From NCBI GenBank assembly GCA_010093605.1, contig MU004204.1, forward strand, positions 204,959-268,958: 64,000 nucleotides of DNA, written 5' to 3'. How positions within the stretch are numbered: position 1 is the first letter of the stretch; each line of letters opens with the position of its first letter. Of the stretch, positions 47,305 to 60,238 are shown piece by piece. A program made the translations under genes and the position numbers. The stretch comes from Lophium mytilinum. Its lineage: Eukaryota. Below the pieces are notes generated by a model. The model saw only the letters and a program-made list of their open reading frames with translations. It searched no databases and was not told the origin of the DNA.

Positions 47305-49850
47305 CTACAACCTCGCCCCCTCCTCCCTCCTCAACCCCTTCGCGATCCCCCTCGACACCCAATCCGAAATCGCCATATTCGTCACCATCGGATTGACCCC
47401 ACTGGCACTCGGAAACACACTCGCATCACTCACATACAACCCCTCGGTCCCCCAAACCTTCCCCCTCGGACCCACCACACTGCCATTCTCGCTCGGCCCC
47501 ATGCGACACGTCCCCATCTGGTGCGCGCACACGAACTGCGTCTGCGGCGCCGGCAAGCCATGCTTCCTGAGCGCATCCAACCACTCATTGAAACCAAGAT
47601 CGTTGATACCCGCCTCATCCACCTCTGCATCGAGCGCGGAGGGAGCACGGGAGCGAATAAACGGCTCCACGCCCGGCAGCGCCGCAAAGATCTCGCTCGC
47701 GCCGGCCGCGTACTGGATCTTCGCGAGCCCAACGAGGCCCGCGACGATGTTCGCCTTATCGAACGCACTCGTCGAGTACGCGATGCGCACGCGGCCGTCC
47801 ACAGGATCCGGGTACACGTAGCCGGTGTCGCGGTCGCGGCAGATGGCGATGTAGCCGGCCATGTGTTTCATCCGCGCCGCGGACATCTTGTAGTCCAGCC
47901 CGGAGTTCCAAGGGAGGAAGGTTAGGAAAGAGGAGGGGATCATGTTTGTGGCTTCGAGCTTGCAGCCGTGGCCGCGGCCGTCGAGGTTCTCGAATTCGTT
48001 GCACACGGATGTAAGGATGCCGCCTTCCCAGGGGCGGACTTCGGAGGGGTAGACGGCGCCGAGCATGCAGACGGGGTGGAGGTAGAGGTTGCGGCCGATT
48101 TGCTTGTTTTTGAGGCCGGAGCGGAGGAGGATTAGGGGGGATTGCATCGTACCCGCTGAGACTATTACTCGTTTGGCACGAATGATGACCTCCCGTTTGG
48201 TAGTTGGGGGCCCTGAGACGCCGCCGTTGAGGTCGCGAGACGCCCAGATGCCTTTGACGCCGATTGCAGTCTGTTTGCCGTTCCTAGATTCGAAGAGAAC
48301 CTTTTCAGCGTCGAAGCCTTCCATGAACTTAGCGCCGGCTCGGGAGGCGTCCGGGAGCCATGAGACGGCGGGACCTTGTTTCTCACAGGAACCGCATCCG
48401 AAGGTGCAGTGGCCGCAGTAGTGAGTGCTTCCGCCTGTGTTTTGCGGAACTGCTTTGTGGGCCCAGCCAAGCTTGCGAGAGCCTTCTAATAAAGCCCTGT
48501 TGGAGAAATTTTGGTTCACGTGGTCGGCTGAAACACCCATACGCTCGCAGACTCGGTCTAGGGATGTCTGATACTCTGCTGACGTGAAAAAAGGGAGACC
48601 TCGATCTGCCCATTCTTTACGAACGTAGCCTTGTGTTTGCAAGCTAGCGGACCAGTTGACTGTACCTCCTCCGCCCCAAGTCTGGCCTGTAATCACACTT
48701 ACGGAAGTATCATCGGCTGGTCATGATCAGCAACGAGTTCGCTGAGCGTGAAAGCTGCGATACTCACTGGCTAGATATGCAGCATCTGTGAATAAATGGC
48801 TCCAACCTTCCGCTTCAGTCATAGGGAAATGTTCTGGACTCCAGTAGTACGACTTTTCAACTACTATCACTCGATTTCCAGCTTCTGCAAGGTTCTTTGC
48901 ACATACACCTCCGCCACACCCACTCCCTATAATTACAATATCTGTTTCAAGCATTTCAGGCCCGACGCCAGGCGGGACTTGAATAAAATCGTAGGGAAAG
49001 CTTTCACCTGGTTTCATGTTGATAGGACCACGGGGCACACCGAGGACGGTACGGATGGTAGGGCTGATTTTGCACCATGTCTGCTTTGTGAGCAATGTTA
49101 ACGATCGGTGTACTTTTCTTAGTAGTGGTAGTCTAGCAGCTTTCCAGCCTATGATGATGGATTCCCGGATGTGCGCTGGTTGGTCTCCAAATGGGGTGAC
49201 GTATCCTGTGAGCAAGAGAGAGCCGGCACGAGTGCTAGTGGGCGTTAGCTGATATGATTTAGCGTTTTGATACTTCTTGCACATGAGATATGTAAGAAAG
49301 GTAAGATTGAATTCGAGAACTGTGAAAAAAAGATCATGCCTCAGGCCCAACTTTGGTAGAAAGATCACAAACCGAGATTTCACCCCGTAAAAAGGCTTGT
49401 ACTCGTCGACAAATTACTGTGTGCACATACAGACTGCGAGATGATCGGAAGGCAACCTCAAAAACTTGCCACTTACTTTAGAACATTCAACACCATCCTC
49501 AACTCATCCCTCGCCTGCTGCGACAAATACTGCCCCACAATCCTTGTAAACGCCTCTCTGAAAGCCGGACTCGACGACGCGCTCTCCTTCAAATACGCCT
49601 CCAGCACCACCTCATCCGTCCCCTTGGGCGCAAGCTCCCTCAACGTACTCAGCGCAGTGGAGTACGCGTTATCCGGCACCGCTAGCTCCAGCCTCGGCCG
49701 CGCTTTCGTCACCGGCTGGATAGCAGGAATGACCGCATCAGCAATCGCAAGAAGCGTCTTCCATTGCGGTGCTGCCAGAGGATCGATCTCTGGGAGCGGA
49801 GGAAGCGGCGCCTGCTTGGGGGATATGGGTTCGACGGGTGAGGCGGCCAT
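47305..49850 (-). CDS. Long-chain fatty alcohol oxidase/dehydrogenase (GMC oxidoreductase), 3 exons
   Basis: VIIGSGCGGGV (FAD), GGGGTVNWSA, CGHCTFGC, IGRNLYLHP, AHQMGTCRMG, DASVFPSASGVNPMVT. Intron 1 is 49476-49235. Confidence 0.93.
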
Positions 49851-49957
49851 ATTTCGCTAAACGCTATCTTGTAGCTAGGGACGTGGCTCCGAGCCCATAA
49901 GATGAGTGATGTTTGGAGATGAAAGTGATAATTGAACTCTGTTAAGGAATTGGAAGT

Positions 49958-50500
49958 CCGAGGATGTACTGTAGATGCCCCAGCATCAATGGGTATGAGC
50001 GCATCTTGTTAGCTGCTGATTGGATCCCCGCGTTTTCACAAGCCCACCGTCTGCAAGGAGCAAGACGGGTCGGTAGATCATCTGCTGTTCTGAATGTTAT
50101 GTGAGGCCCGTTTCGTAACGGCCGTTTCCGAGGAGATCCAGCGCCAGCGAACAAAGAAATGCCGATGCTCCACTGCATTTACTAAAGGGCTAAAGGCCCA
50201 CTCATGTAAGTTTAGCATCGGAGCGGCACACTCTAGCTTTATACTTTGGTGTTCATATATGCCCGTTGCTGACGAGCACTGAAATAGGTAATCTTCATCA
50301 GATCGGCGACTCCCTAAAACCATGTACGGTTCTGATCTTTCACGGATTATTGAAAGAGTACTATGTAGTAAGAACTCCCCCTCCTTGTCAAGGCGATGAT
50401 CTACTTTACCTAGGCACAACAGGGTGGTCAGTGTGCCAGTGGCTAGCTGATCGTTTTGGCTAGTGGGCGAGCGGCAGACCGAGGCATGATGTCGCCGAGG
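49958..50500. promoter_or_regulatory. Four CCGAGG (CCTCGG) FarA/FarB-type fatty-acid response elements upstream of the alcohol oxidase
   Basis: CCGAGG at 49958, 50128, 50479 and 50495, all in the same orientation. Confidence 0.7.
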
Positions 50501-51339
50501 GGCCCGCGCCGGGGAAAGCCAAGCCACCTTGGATAAAAGGAGAAAGACGGGAGAGTAGCAACGCGCTTGGCCCGTGATTTTGCCGTGGGGCTGTTTTCAC
50601 GTGGCGCGGATGAATTACATCGGGACGCTTGGACGGTGGGACTTTTTACGGACGTATTGCAGAGTGGTAGGAGCTTCGGACTTGACGACTTCTCTTCCAC
50701 GAAGCAGAGCAATGATCAAATTGCATTCATGTTGACTTTATAAGAACAGCACCTTGAAAAGAGGGCGAAGCCAAATACGCATGACCGAATATCTTCTGCC
50801 GCCTCTCACACTAGAGCGTGGATAGATGATGTATTCATGTATACACACCTCCCTCTGTAATAGCTTGCTGTGGGATAGCTATATATTCGTATAGCAACAA
50901 CGCTTAGCACAACTTTATAGAACCTTACTATTCGGACAATACCCTTCCTCATCTGTGATTACGTAGAGTAACTACCGGTCGCATGGCTTACCTTCACTAA
51001 TAGCGCTACTAGAACCTACTCCACATCATCTCATTCTACTGCGCAACGCTTTTCTTTTATTTCTATATATCTGGACTTTTATTTAAGATGTAGTTACACT
51101 TACAGCACTATAAACTTTAGAAGTCTTATACCGCAAATCGGTAATAACATAAGCATAAGAGGAGTAGAGTAAATACTCGCTTCTTCAAGAAAAGCGCGAT
51201 GCGCTATCATGCTGTAAATCGCGCCTCTCCGCTCCTGCCAATACTCGGTGGCCTGTTGCCGCATTCGTCATTTCCTAGCCTCCGTTTTTCATCACTCGTT
51301 ACATTTCATCTCACTCACCAATGCTCCTGGTCCCCATCC

Positions 51340-51590
51340 CGCCGTCTTGCGCTGCGACTACCGCATCATCCACCGCGTCGTCTTGCCTCAACCACCTCAA
51401 TCCCGCGGTCCTGCCTCAGCTGCGACCACCGCATTATCCACCGCTTCGTCTTGTCTCAACCATCTCCATCCCGCGGTCCTGCCTGCGGTCCTGCCTCAGC
51501 CACCTCCATCCCGCTATCTTGCTTCATCTTCGACTACCGCACCTCCATCCCGTCGTCCTGCCTCAGCCACCTCCGTCCCGTGGTCCTGGC
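51340..51590 (+). repeat. C-rich ~68-bp degenerate tandem repeat (about 3.5 units) in the leader of the orphan gene
   Basis: gctgcgac(t/c)accgcat(c/t)atccaccgc..cgtcttg..tcaacca.ctc.atcccgcggtcctgcct at 51351 and 51419, plus partial copies. Confidence 0.8.
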
Positions 51591-51650
51591 ATCGATGACC
51601 ACAAGCTCCGGCCCGTCCTGTTGCCCAGGGTCATCGCTCCGGCCGCCTAC

Positions 51651-53289
51651 ATGGAGCAGGATGCTAGGGAGAAGCAGGCTGCTAGGGAGCAAGATCTAAA
51701 GGCTATATCAGTCTTACAGGAAGCGTATTACGACAACCACATGACCATCGAGGACGTTATTAGTAGCGGGCTGCTTGGATGGTACACGACAGATGGTAAT
51801 AGGATTAGGGAGCTTGCAGTCGCACGGAGCCTTAACCCCAATCCTCAATTCAACCCATTCCGGTCATTACTATGGACACCATGGGAAGATACAAAGTTGC
51901 TACTAGACCATACAGTACCGGTCCCTAACAGATCAGCAACTGCATGTGCGGACCGCCGTCGAGTAATACGTCAGTCCAGGCGGGCAGCCCCATTGTCTGC
52001 ATCCCCACGTCCAGCAGTACATACCAATCCGGGAACCCCAGTGCTATACGCACCTCCTACAACATATCCTCTCCCGGGACTCTTAGCACCACCGTCTCTG
52101 TCTGCACCCCCACTTCCAGCAGTACATACCAATCCGTTCACCCCAGGGCTAAACGCACCTCCTATAACGTATCCTCTCCCGGAACTCTTCGCACCACCGT
52201 CTCTGTCGATATCGGTTCATCCTGAAACCTCAGCACTTCCTGTCACGGTGTTCCCACCGTCCACCCACAATGCAGCCTCTTTACTATATGGTGCCCCCAT
52301 TATGTCGTTGCGATCAAACCCATCACCGTACAAGGCACCACGATACAAGTCATCACAACACCGTTCACAAGCACCGTACGAGCATACGTTCCAGTCCTTG
52401 GCGCCGCGACCCCCACCAATATCCGCCAACCCAGAAGCCTCAGCGCTGAACGCTCTCTCAGATGCCCTCTCCGCCGGGCGGGGACCTGTTGCTGGCGACT
52501 ACAGTCTCCCGGCGCCGCGACCCCCATCAATATCCGCCAACCCAGAAGCCTCAGCGCCAGACGCTCTCTCAGATGCCCTCTCCGCCGGGCGGGGACCTGT
52601 TGCTGGCGACTACAGTCTCCCGGCGCCGCGACCCCCATCAATATCCGCCAACCCAGAAGCTTCAGCGCCAGGCGCTTCCTTCACAAGGCGGGGACCTGTT
52701 GCTGGCGACTACAGTTTCCCGGCGTCCGCACCTTCAGCAATGTTCGCCAACCCAGAAGCCTCAGCGCCAGACGCTTCCTTCACAAGGCGGGGACCCCGCT
52801 CGCTTTCACCAGGGGCATTGCTCGCAGATGACTACGAGGTTGTTTCGGATGAATCCCACAGTATACGGCCTTTTCGCCCGGCACGAGAAGTATGTAACCT
52901 TTTCATACATTGCCTTGATGCTTGCTAACCTGGTACAGGTGAAAAAATACCCATACACCAACCCGTACTCTCGCCTTGATGAGTGGAGCGGACCTGTCGC
53001 GGCTCCATGGAGCAGTCGTCGAATCCTATCCGACGACCACCTAGACATCATACTGCTGGAGCCTGTTCGGATATTCAGTCCTTTACCAGAGGGGTACACA
53101 TGCAGAGATGAAGCGTTGATAGCGATTGAGGTGTTCTTACAAGAGAAAGCTTTTCTGGTGCCGCGCCTATCAGGATATACGCCATCGAGCTTGCTCAGAT
53201 TGCTGGCGTGTCGCATGCTTATGACATACTTTCCGAGTATCGTCGTTAGCTCTACTTCTCGGTCATCTCATAGCGTTGCAAATTCATAG
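51651..53289 (+). CDS. Orphan Pro-rich protein with truncated Myb/SANT-like motif and internal 35- and 37-aa repeats, 2 exons
   Basis: Long open frame (alternative ATG at 51321); intron GTATGT..GCTAAC..CAG at about 52890-52938 joins it to the frame ending at 53289; WTPWEDTKLL..PNRSATACADRR. Confidence 0.55.
52400..52795 (+). repeat. 111/99-bp coding tandem repeat (about 4 units: APRPPSISANPEASA..RGPVAGDYSLP)
   Basis: Units start at 52400, 52511, 52622 and 52721; near-identical DNA. Confidence 0.93.
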
Positions 53290-53537
53290 AAAGGCGAGAA
53301 CCCAACCGGGTTGATGTATGAATATGGCATGTGAGAGTAGACATATGTGGAAGCATGCGGGGCATGCAGAGAAAGTCTGATACTTGATGTATACTATGAA
53401 GGGTATACAGCAGTTGGAGAATCTCAATTCCATCTGAGCATTCCATCTCAGCTCCCATCGCCCGTGCTAAGCACGACAGATGCAGCCAATTCGAAGCAAA
53501 ATCAATCAGGTATCCCCGCCATAAATCCCGCCGAGAC

Positions 53538-54086
53538 TTCTGCCATCGCTGATCTCAAACTCAAACAGCTGAAGAGCTCCAAATCTGTCGGCAGGTAGGA
53601 GCTGCAGGAGAGGGCGGATGTGGTTGAGATGGCGAGAGAGAGTGGGGTGGTGCCAGGGGCAAGGTTGATGGTGCACGATTTCTTGACGGAGCAGCCTGTG
53701 AGAGGCATGTCTTAAACTCACATCTCTACGGGATGCAGCACAGCTGACGGGTGCGCGCAGGGGCGAAGGCGTACTTCCTCCGCATGATCCTGCACGACTA
53801 CGCGGACAGCGTGTGCGTTACTGTTTTCTCGCAGCTTGCTCAGGCCATGGCGCCAGATTCGCGGGTCCTGATCTGTGAGATGGTCATCCCGCAGAGGGTT
53901 GGCGAGGCGGACTTGGCGGCTGCGGTGTTGGATCAGGCGGTCATGACGATGGGCGGGAAAGAGAGGACAGAGAGGACAGAGAGGGGTTTTGTGGGGCTCT
54001 TTGAGCAGGCTGGGCTGGAGTTGGTGAAGGTATGGAGGGCGCCGGGCGTGCCAGGGGCGTGTGTTGAGGGGGGGTTGAAGCGGTGA
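53538..54086 (+). pseudogene. 5'-truncated class II O-methyltransferase relic
   Basis: HDFLTEQPV.GAKAYFLRMILHDYAD, DSRVLICEMV, GGKERT..LFEQAGL. Upstream in-frame TAG; no DxGGG SAM motif; GC at the intron donor; TER codons duplicated. Confidence 0.8.
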
Positions 54087-55654
54087 TATGGCTCTTTGTG
54101 AGTAGCCCGCGTGAATGGGCTCTTCTACTGACGGTTGACAGACTTGATACATTTTTAGAAACGTGAGGCAGTGTACCGCCAATACCTCTTTGATTGGTAC
54201 CCATTGCGATCTGGGTAACCCAGCAAGCACACCTGCATGTTTACTCGAGTGAAGACTTTTGGTCTTGTCCAGACTCGCGAAGATGTATTGAAGCACCCCT
54301 GACCTTGACATTGGCGGTTAGTGTATGCAGACTAAGAAGCTGGCGGTGCAGAACAAGATGTCCTTTTATCTCACGACAGCGAGAGCTGCCTCAGCGATAG
54401 CAGAGAGCGTAAGATACACATAAATTGCACGTCGTAGCATATACCACCTGCATGTTACAGTCGCGATACCACGCCGTGCACGCATCACAAGCCAGCGCCA
54501 AGGGTGACAGTCGGGCCGGAATGGAGTTTCTGTTGTTCCGGGACGCGCTTGCCGGGTTGAGACCATGCAGCCGACTTCGCGAACGACGCACTTGCCATGC
54601 TTGGATGCGGCGGGCTGCGATTGGCCAGCGGTTTTTCTTATCTATACGCTAGTCCCGCTTCGCTGCGCGGTGAGCAGGGATGCGGATCAACAGGCTGGGA
54701 TATCCTTGGCCAGGAAATGGCCACCCTGGCCACCGCCGGCGATGCGGGCAGCAGCGATGCGGGCGGCGTGTTGACAGCTGCGACAAAAAAGCAGTCAGAG
54801 GTGCAGGCTGCAGCTGTTGGAACTTGGAAGGAGAGACATGGAGACTTGTAAAGCCTGTAGAGTCATAAATCGGTGGCGATGTCTCAGGGCCGCATGGTGA
54901 GCAGCCGCGGCAAAGCGTGCTCAGTTGCCCAAGAAAGCAGAAATTAACGGCGCTGGGGTCAACGGGTTCGCGCCCCGACGGTACCCACAAACGCGCAGGC
55001 AGGAGAGGCGACCGGCCGCCCAGAGCGTTGCCCTCCAGTGCCAGTGCCATCGTCGGAGAGGCCTAGCGGGCTCTTGGGGACCTTAGGGACCCTTCAGCCT
55101 CGATATGGGCGAGTCTTTCTGTGCCGTATCCCGTCCCTCTTCGACCGTTTGCTGCCCACCTCCACCACGATTCACGACACCGCTCACCCCGCCCTCCTCT
55201 ACCTACAGACCAGACGCTTCTCTTCCCCGCGACGACATGTGCTGCCAATTGCCGTGAGCCGCTCCGTGGTCTGGGCACCGCCGTCACCGTCTCCGTCTCG
55301 CCCGTTTGCCGTCCTTATCGCAGGTCACCCTCCACCTGCACGTCAGCGTCGCCAATCGCCCGTTTGATACAATCTCGACGCGCAGCCTCACTGCGACTCG
55401 CAGGCGCACCCACGTCGACCGCGCGCTGAAACGGGAGTCTCCCAAGCCGCGCCTAACAACTCCGGCCTGTCGATCCGTACCGGCTATCTCAACGAGCCTC
55501 AAGATAACACACCGCCCGATTCACCCAGCCCTGGCCTCACTCCTTCGGACGCCTCCGCCCATATCACCGCCCCGCCTCCTCACCTCCTCGCTCGACCTCA
55601 GTCCCGAGCCTCCTCTCTCCGCTCCTCTCTCCGCGCAGAGCACCACCCCCCAGG

Positions 55655-57016
55655 ATGGCCGACTTCTCGACAGCACCGGCTGTGGTTTCCCCTCCGCCCT
55701 TCCAGCCGGCATATCAGCATCCCTTCGTCCAGCAGCCCTTCCAGCCACAGCGCCAGCAGCCGGCACAGCAGCAGACCCAGCAGTCGAACTACAGGAAGCC
55801 TGTCCCATACACTGCGGCTCAATCGGGCACCAACACGCCCGCGAACGTCTCTCCCACGTCGCCACGCACCACCAATGTCCACCCCAACCACGCCCGACAG
55901 CTGCGTCCGCCTAAGCTGCCCATGTATGTGCCCGCCGTGCTGAGGCCGACCGAGAAGCCCTCTCGCCAGTCGCCGCCCAAGACAGGCGAATCCGGCATCG
56001 ACAGCGCCGAGTCCAGCTTCGGCTCGGTGGTTCGTCGCGCAACCGGCGACAGTGTCAACTCCGTTGGTGGCACCGTCTCCAGCGAGGAGTCGAATATCGA
56101 GGGTAAAGGACCGGTAACTGGTCCGCCGTCGCGGAATCACTGGCAGGTACGTTTGTCGCGACTTTTCCTATGTCCCCCAGACTCGGTCAGCATCATGCCT
56201 GCGATCAATCGGCCTGTCGCGTGCCCTGCATTACCACTCCCGTCTGGGACATCCCGCTTTCCGCAATTACTGGCCGTTACGTACATTTATTTCCTGGCGG
56301 ATCCCGCACGCTCTAGTTAGCGACGGGCCGACTCGGCATCCTTCGTGTACCTCGCCGTTGCTCCGGATCGCGGCGTCGAGGCAGAAGCGTGAAGGGTCTG
56401 AGAGTCAACGCTCGAAGTTTGCGCGTGCGGCACACGCAGACCCTTTATGTGGTGCGGCGGCAGGTCGCGAGAGTATATTATTGGATTGCGCCATCTTGCG
56501 TTTGGTCCCGCGCTCCGCCGTCTCACGCTGCCCGCTTGGACCCCCACGCTGGCTGCAGAGTGGATCGCCCGTCACAAACCGCTTTGCCCCACGCTCCCGC
56601 AGCGTCCTTGCTTCTGTCTTAAATTGCTCGGCCAATCGCTGACTTTTGTTTTACAGCCCGACAACTCCACCTCTGTATGCACCGCCTCGTGCTGCAAGCA
56701 GCCTTTCTCGTTCCTGAACCGCCGCCACCATTGCCGACGATGTGGAGGCATCTTCTGCGGAGCTCACAGCAACAATGCTGTCAAGCTGAACCAACTCGCG
56801 CTCTTCCACCCGCATGGCGCCCTCTATCGAGCTTGCGATCGTTGCCATACTGAATATCGCCAATTCGAGGCCAACCGCCACAGCCGCTCCAACAGCGAGA
56901 GCTCCAGCGGCCCCGTTGCAATCGACGCTCCCCCCGCTGCTAAGCGTCCCCAAGGCCTCCGTGTTGGTAGCCTGGTCAGCAGTGCGCCAGCAACATGGGC
57001 CTGGAGCACCTTCTGA
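55655..57016 (+). CDS. PIB2: FYVE-domain protein, Pib2-like, 2 exons with a 510-nt intron
   Basis: YVPAVLRPT; HWQ|PD..C..C...F..RRHHCRRCGGIFC..RACDRC; C-terminal PATWAWSTF resembles the Pib2 tail motif. Intron 56147-56656. Confidence 0.8.
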
Positions 57017-57951
57017 ACGACCTCTACCTTCAACCCCATCATAAAACCCGGTTCGATCTCGTAACGACGTTATGGCATCAGATATACCCCCTGCACAGAT
57101 GCGCGGCATTAGATGCGTGTCCCCCGATCATTGCATACCAGTCTCAACGACTGGCACAGGAGTCTTTTTGGCTGGCGTTTCTGGCGTGCATACTAAGCAC
57201 TCAGCATTCGCTTGACTGTTTGTTTGCTTAATAGGTAACCTTAGATTCTCACTTTGATTTTTTCTGGTTTGGAAGTTTCATCATAGCGTTGCGATATCCC
57301 CCTTGATGTTTGGTAGAAGCCCGTATCAAACACTGTCTAATTCTCTCCGCCGGGTCGGCGGAGAGGGTAGGATTGGTCATGGTGGTCGGGCGTCTGGCGT
57401 TTGGCATAATCTGGCCTTCAGTTTGGACTTTACGTTCGTCTCGGATGGCGACATCTGGGGTCGAATGTTGGTAATGTTGCTGTTATTACGGCCGGCAAGG
57501 CATGCGATGCGAAGCGATGCGAGTAGTAGATGACAAGGCTTTAGGGCTGTCGTAATGCGATGCAATGGTATGACTAATATGCTTACCTTAATTATGTGAA
57601 CTGCGCTGTGACGGTCGAAGAGAACATTTGAGATTCGGAAGGAGTTAAGGCTTCGTATAAAGCATTGGACATCGAGTGGGGTGGGGAAAAATATAAAACG
57701 CTGTAATTACCAAAATTTCGTGGGCCTGTCCAATCACATCACACGTAACTCCAGACCATCAAGGTCTGAACTTCAACATTTTCTTTCCCGAACACTGAAC
57801 AATCAACCTCACCCCGCCACGAAATTCCCTGCCACTTCAGAAGCGGAATAGAGCAACCATAGCCATACGGGCTTTACATCGCACAGCTTCGGAGGTCATT
57901 GTTTCCTGCCGCTGGATCTCACGCCCTCAGCAACGACGATTCTTCTCCGCA

Positions 57952-59776
57952 ATGACCTCCGAACTCACCCCCGCGGCGCCAGCCATACAAACCGACAGCC
58001 ATGATCCACCTCCAAACCCATCAAAACGGATAAAACTGCACGGAAGGGCATTCTATGAAAGTATAGGCAGCCCAAAAATGGTCCTGGCGCCTATGGTGGA
58101 TCAGTCAGAATTTGTGCGTAGATTTCTAGAATTCCCTACCAAAGAGAATATACTGACTTTGCGTATAGGCATGGCGTATGCTAACCCGCTCCTTCCTTCC
58201 ACCGCCCTCCTCGACCTCCAGCCCGCCTCTCCTAGCATACACACCCATGTTCCACTCGCGTCTCTTCGCTGACACGCCCAAGTATCGTGAACAACACTTC
58301 CAACCCCTCAGCCTCAAGCCCGGCATCCCTGGATCCCCACCGCAAGACTCCTCTGAAACTACTCCCCACCTCGACGGCAATCCTTCTATAGACCGTCCCC
58401 TCTTCGTCCAATTCTGCGCCAACGACCCTGACGAGCTGCTCCAGGCCGCCCAGCACGTCGCCCCCTTCTGCGACGCCGTGGACCTCAACCTCGGCTGCCC
58501 CCAAGGTATCGCGCGGCGCGGCCACTATGGCGCCTTCCTGCAAGAAGACTGGGCGTTGATCGCGCGCATGATCCGCACCCTCCATGCCTCCCTCGACGTG
58601 CCCGTGACGGCGAAAATGCGCATCCTCGAAACCCCCGAGAAGACGCTCGCGTACGCGAAAACAATCTTAGACGCTGGCGCGAGTGTGATAACCGTGCATG
58701 GGCGGCGGCGGGAGCAGAAGGGGCATAATACGGGGCTGGCGGACTGGGGCGCGATTCGGCATCTGCGGGAGAATCTGCCGAGGGAGACGGTGATTTTCGC
58801 GAATGGGAATGTGTTGGGGTATGAGGATCTGGGGACGTGTCTGAGGGAGACGGGGGCGGATGCGGTGATGAGTGCGGAGGGGAATTTGCACGATCCGACG
58901 ATCTTTGCGGAGGAGGTGCCGGTGGGGCAGGAGGGGAGGGAGTACTGGAGGGGAAGAGATGGGAGGGGCGGGTGGAGGGTTGATGCGGTGTTGAGGCGGT
59001 ATATGGATATTATATATCGGTATGTTTTGGGTGTTGAGCCGCCGACACGGGGTCTGCTGTTTGTACCCGCGGACTACGTCCCCGAAGCAGCCACTGGAAA
59101 CGGGAAGGCCGATCTCGACACTGCTCCTGCGGATGATTCCCCCGAGCGCCCAGCTAAGCGCCAGAAACTCTCAAAGAAGCAAAAGAAGGAACTGTCGAAG
59201 AAAGGCGAGCGCAAGAAGTTCGAGAACGCGAATAATGCGAATATGACCGCTATGCAGCCGCATCTCTTCCACCTCCTCAGGCCACTAATCACGAAACACC
59301 ACAACGTTCGCGACGCGTTGGCGCATAGCCGTGCCGGGGATATCGAGGCCTACGAGAATGTCCTCGCGCTTGTTGAGAAGGCTGTGAAAGACGGGCTCCT
59401 GGAGTATGAGAGGGAGCAGGGCGAGAACGGCAAAGTGCAGGAGAAGAAGACCATTGAGGAGAAAGTGCAGGCCGGGGAGAAGATTAACGGACAGCCAAAG
59501 GACTTGAACCCCTACGAATCCTCGCTTCTAGCGGTGGAGAGGTGCAAACGGCCCTGGTGGATCTGCCAGCCGTACGTGCGGCCGTTGCCGAATGAAGCGC
59601 TGGAGAAGGGGGCGATGACGTTGAGTAAGAAGGAGAGGATGGCGCTTGAGAAGGCGGAGAAAGAGGTGAAGGATGCTGGGCTAGAGCCTGAGGGGAGAAT
59701 CGAGAGGGAAGATGTTGGGAGTGGGCTTGGGCGGGGGGAGGTTGAGGTGCCTAGAGAGGGTGTGGTATGTGGATAA
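57952..59776 (+). CDS. DUS1: tRNA-dihydrouridine(16/17) synthase, 2 exons
   Basis: LAPMVDQSEF|AWRML, DRPLFVQFCANDP, VDLNLGCPQGIARRGHYGAFL, TVHGR, FANGNV, VMSAEGNL, WICQPYVRP. Confidence 0.95.
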
Positions 59777-60238
59777 GGCAGAACGATGGTATGAAACTTC
59801 CAGCATTGAAGAAGCAGACCAAGCGAAAGCCCTCCTGCTCCAATGGAACTCAAGTCTTCACATCATGGATCGTGCGTCTTAAATAACCACCTGCCAGGCC
59901 TAGCTGAAAGTACACTACGTCTGGACATAGAAAAGACAGTAGAGCCAGGGGCCGTGAGAAGCATCCGCAGAACTCTCTGTCATATCAACAGCGATGGACG
60001 GGTTTGAATGACAGTGCCCAGCGCTCAGCCGTGGGTACAAGTGCGACAAGAAAGACCACAAGCACCTGTTGAGCCATTGAATCACGTCCCGTCAAGTGGT
60101 CACCAACGTCATTAGGTATCTCTACTAACAAGCATGCCTTCTTCAAACAATCATTCTGCGCCTTATATATCAAATATCTCGATCCAAAGCTGTTAGAATA
60201 CAACATGCAAAGCTCTAAATCCCACGCATAGGTTCCAT

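Noticed and set aside
49235..49476. 242-nt first intron of the alcohol oxidase as a snoRNA host
   Set aside because: No convincing C/D or H/ACA box arrangement seen.
54205..54228. gatctgggtaacccagc resembles the P5 arm of a TPP riboswitch
   Set aside because: No upstream CUGAGA/P2-P3 core, the loop and 3' AGCG do not match, and there is no thiamine-related gene nearby.
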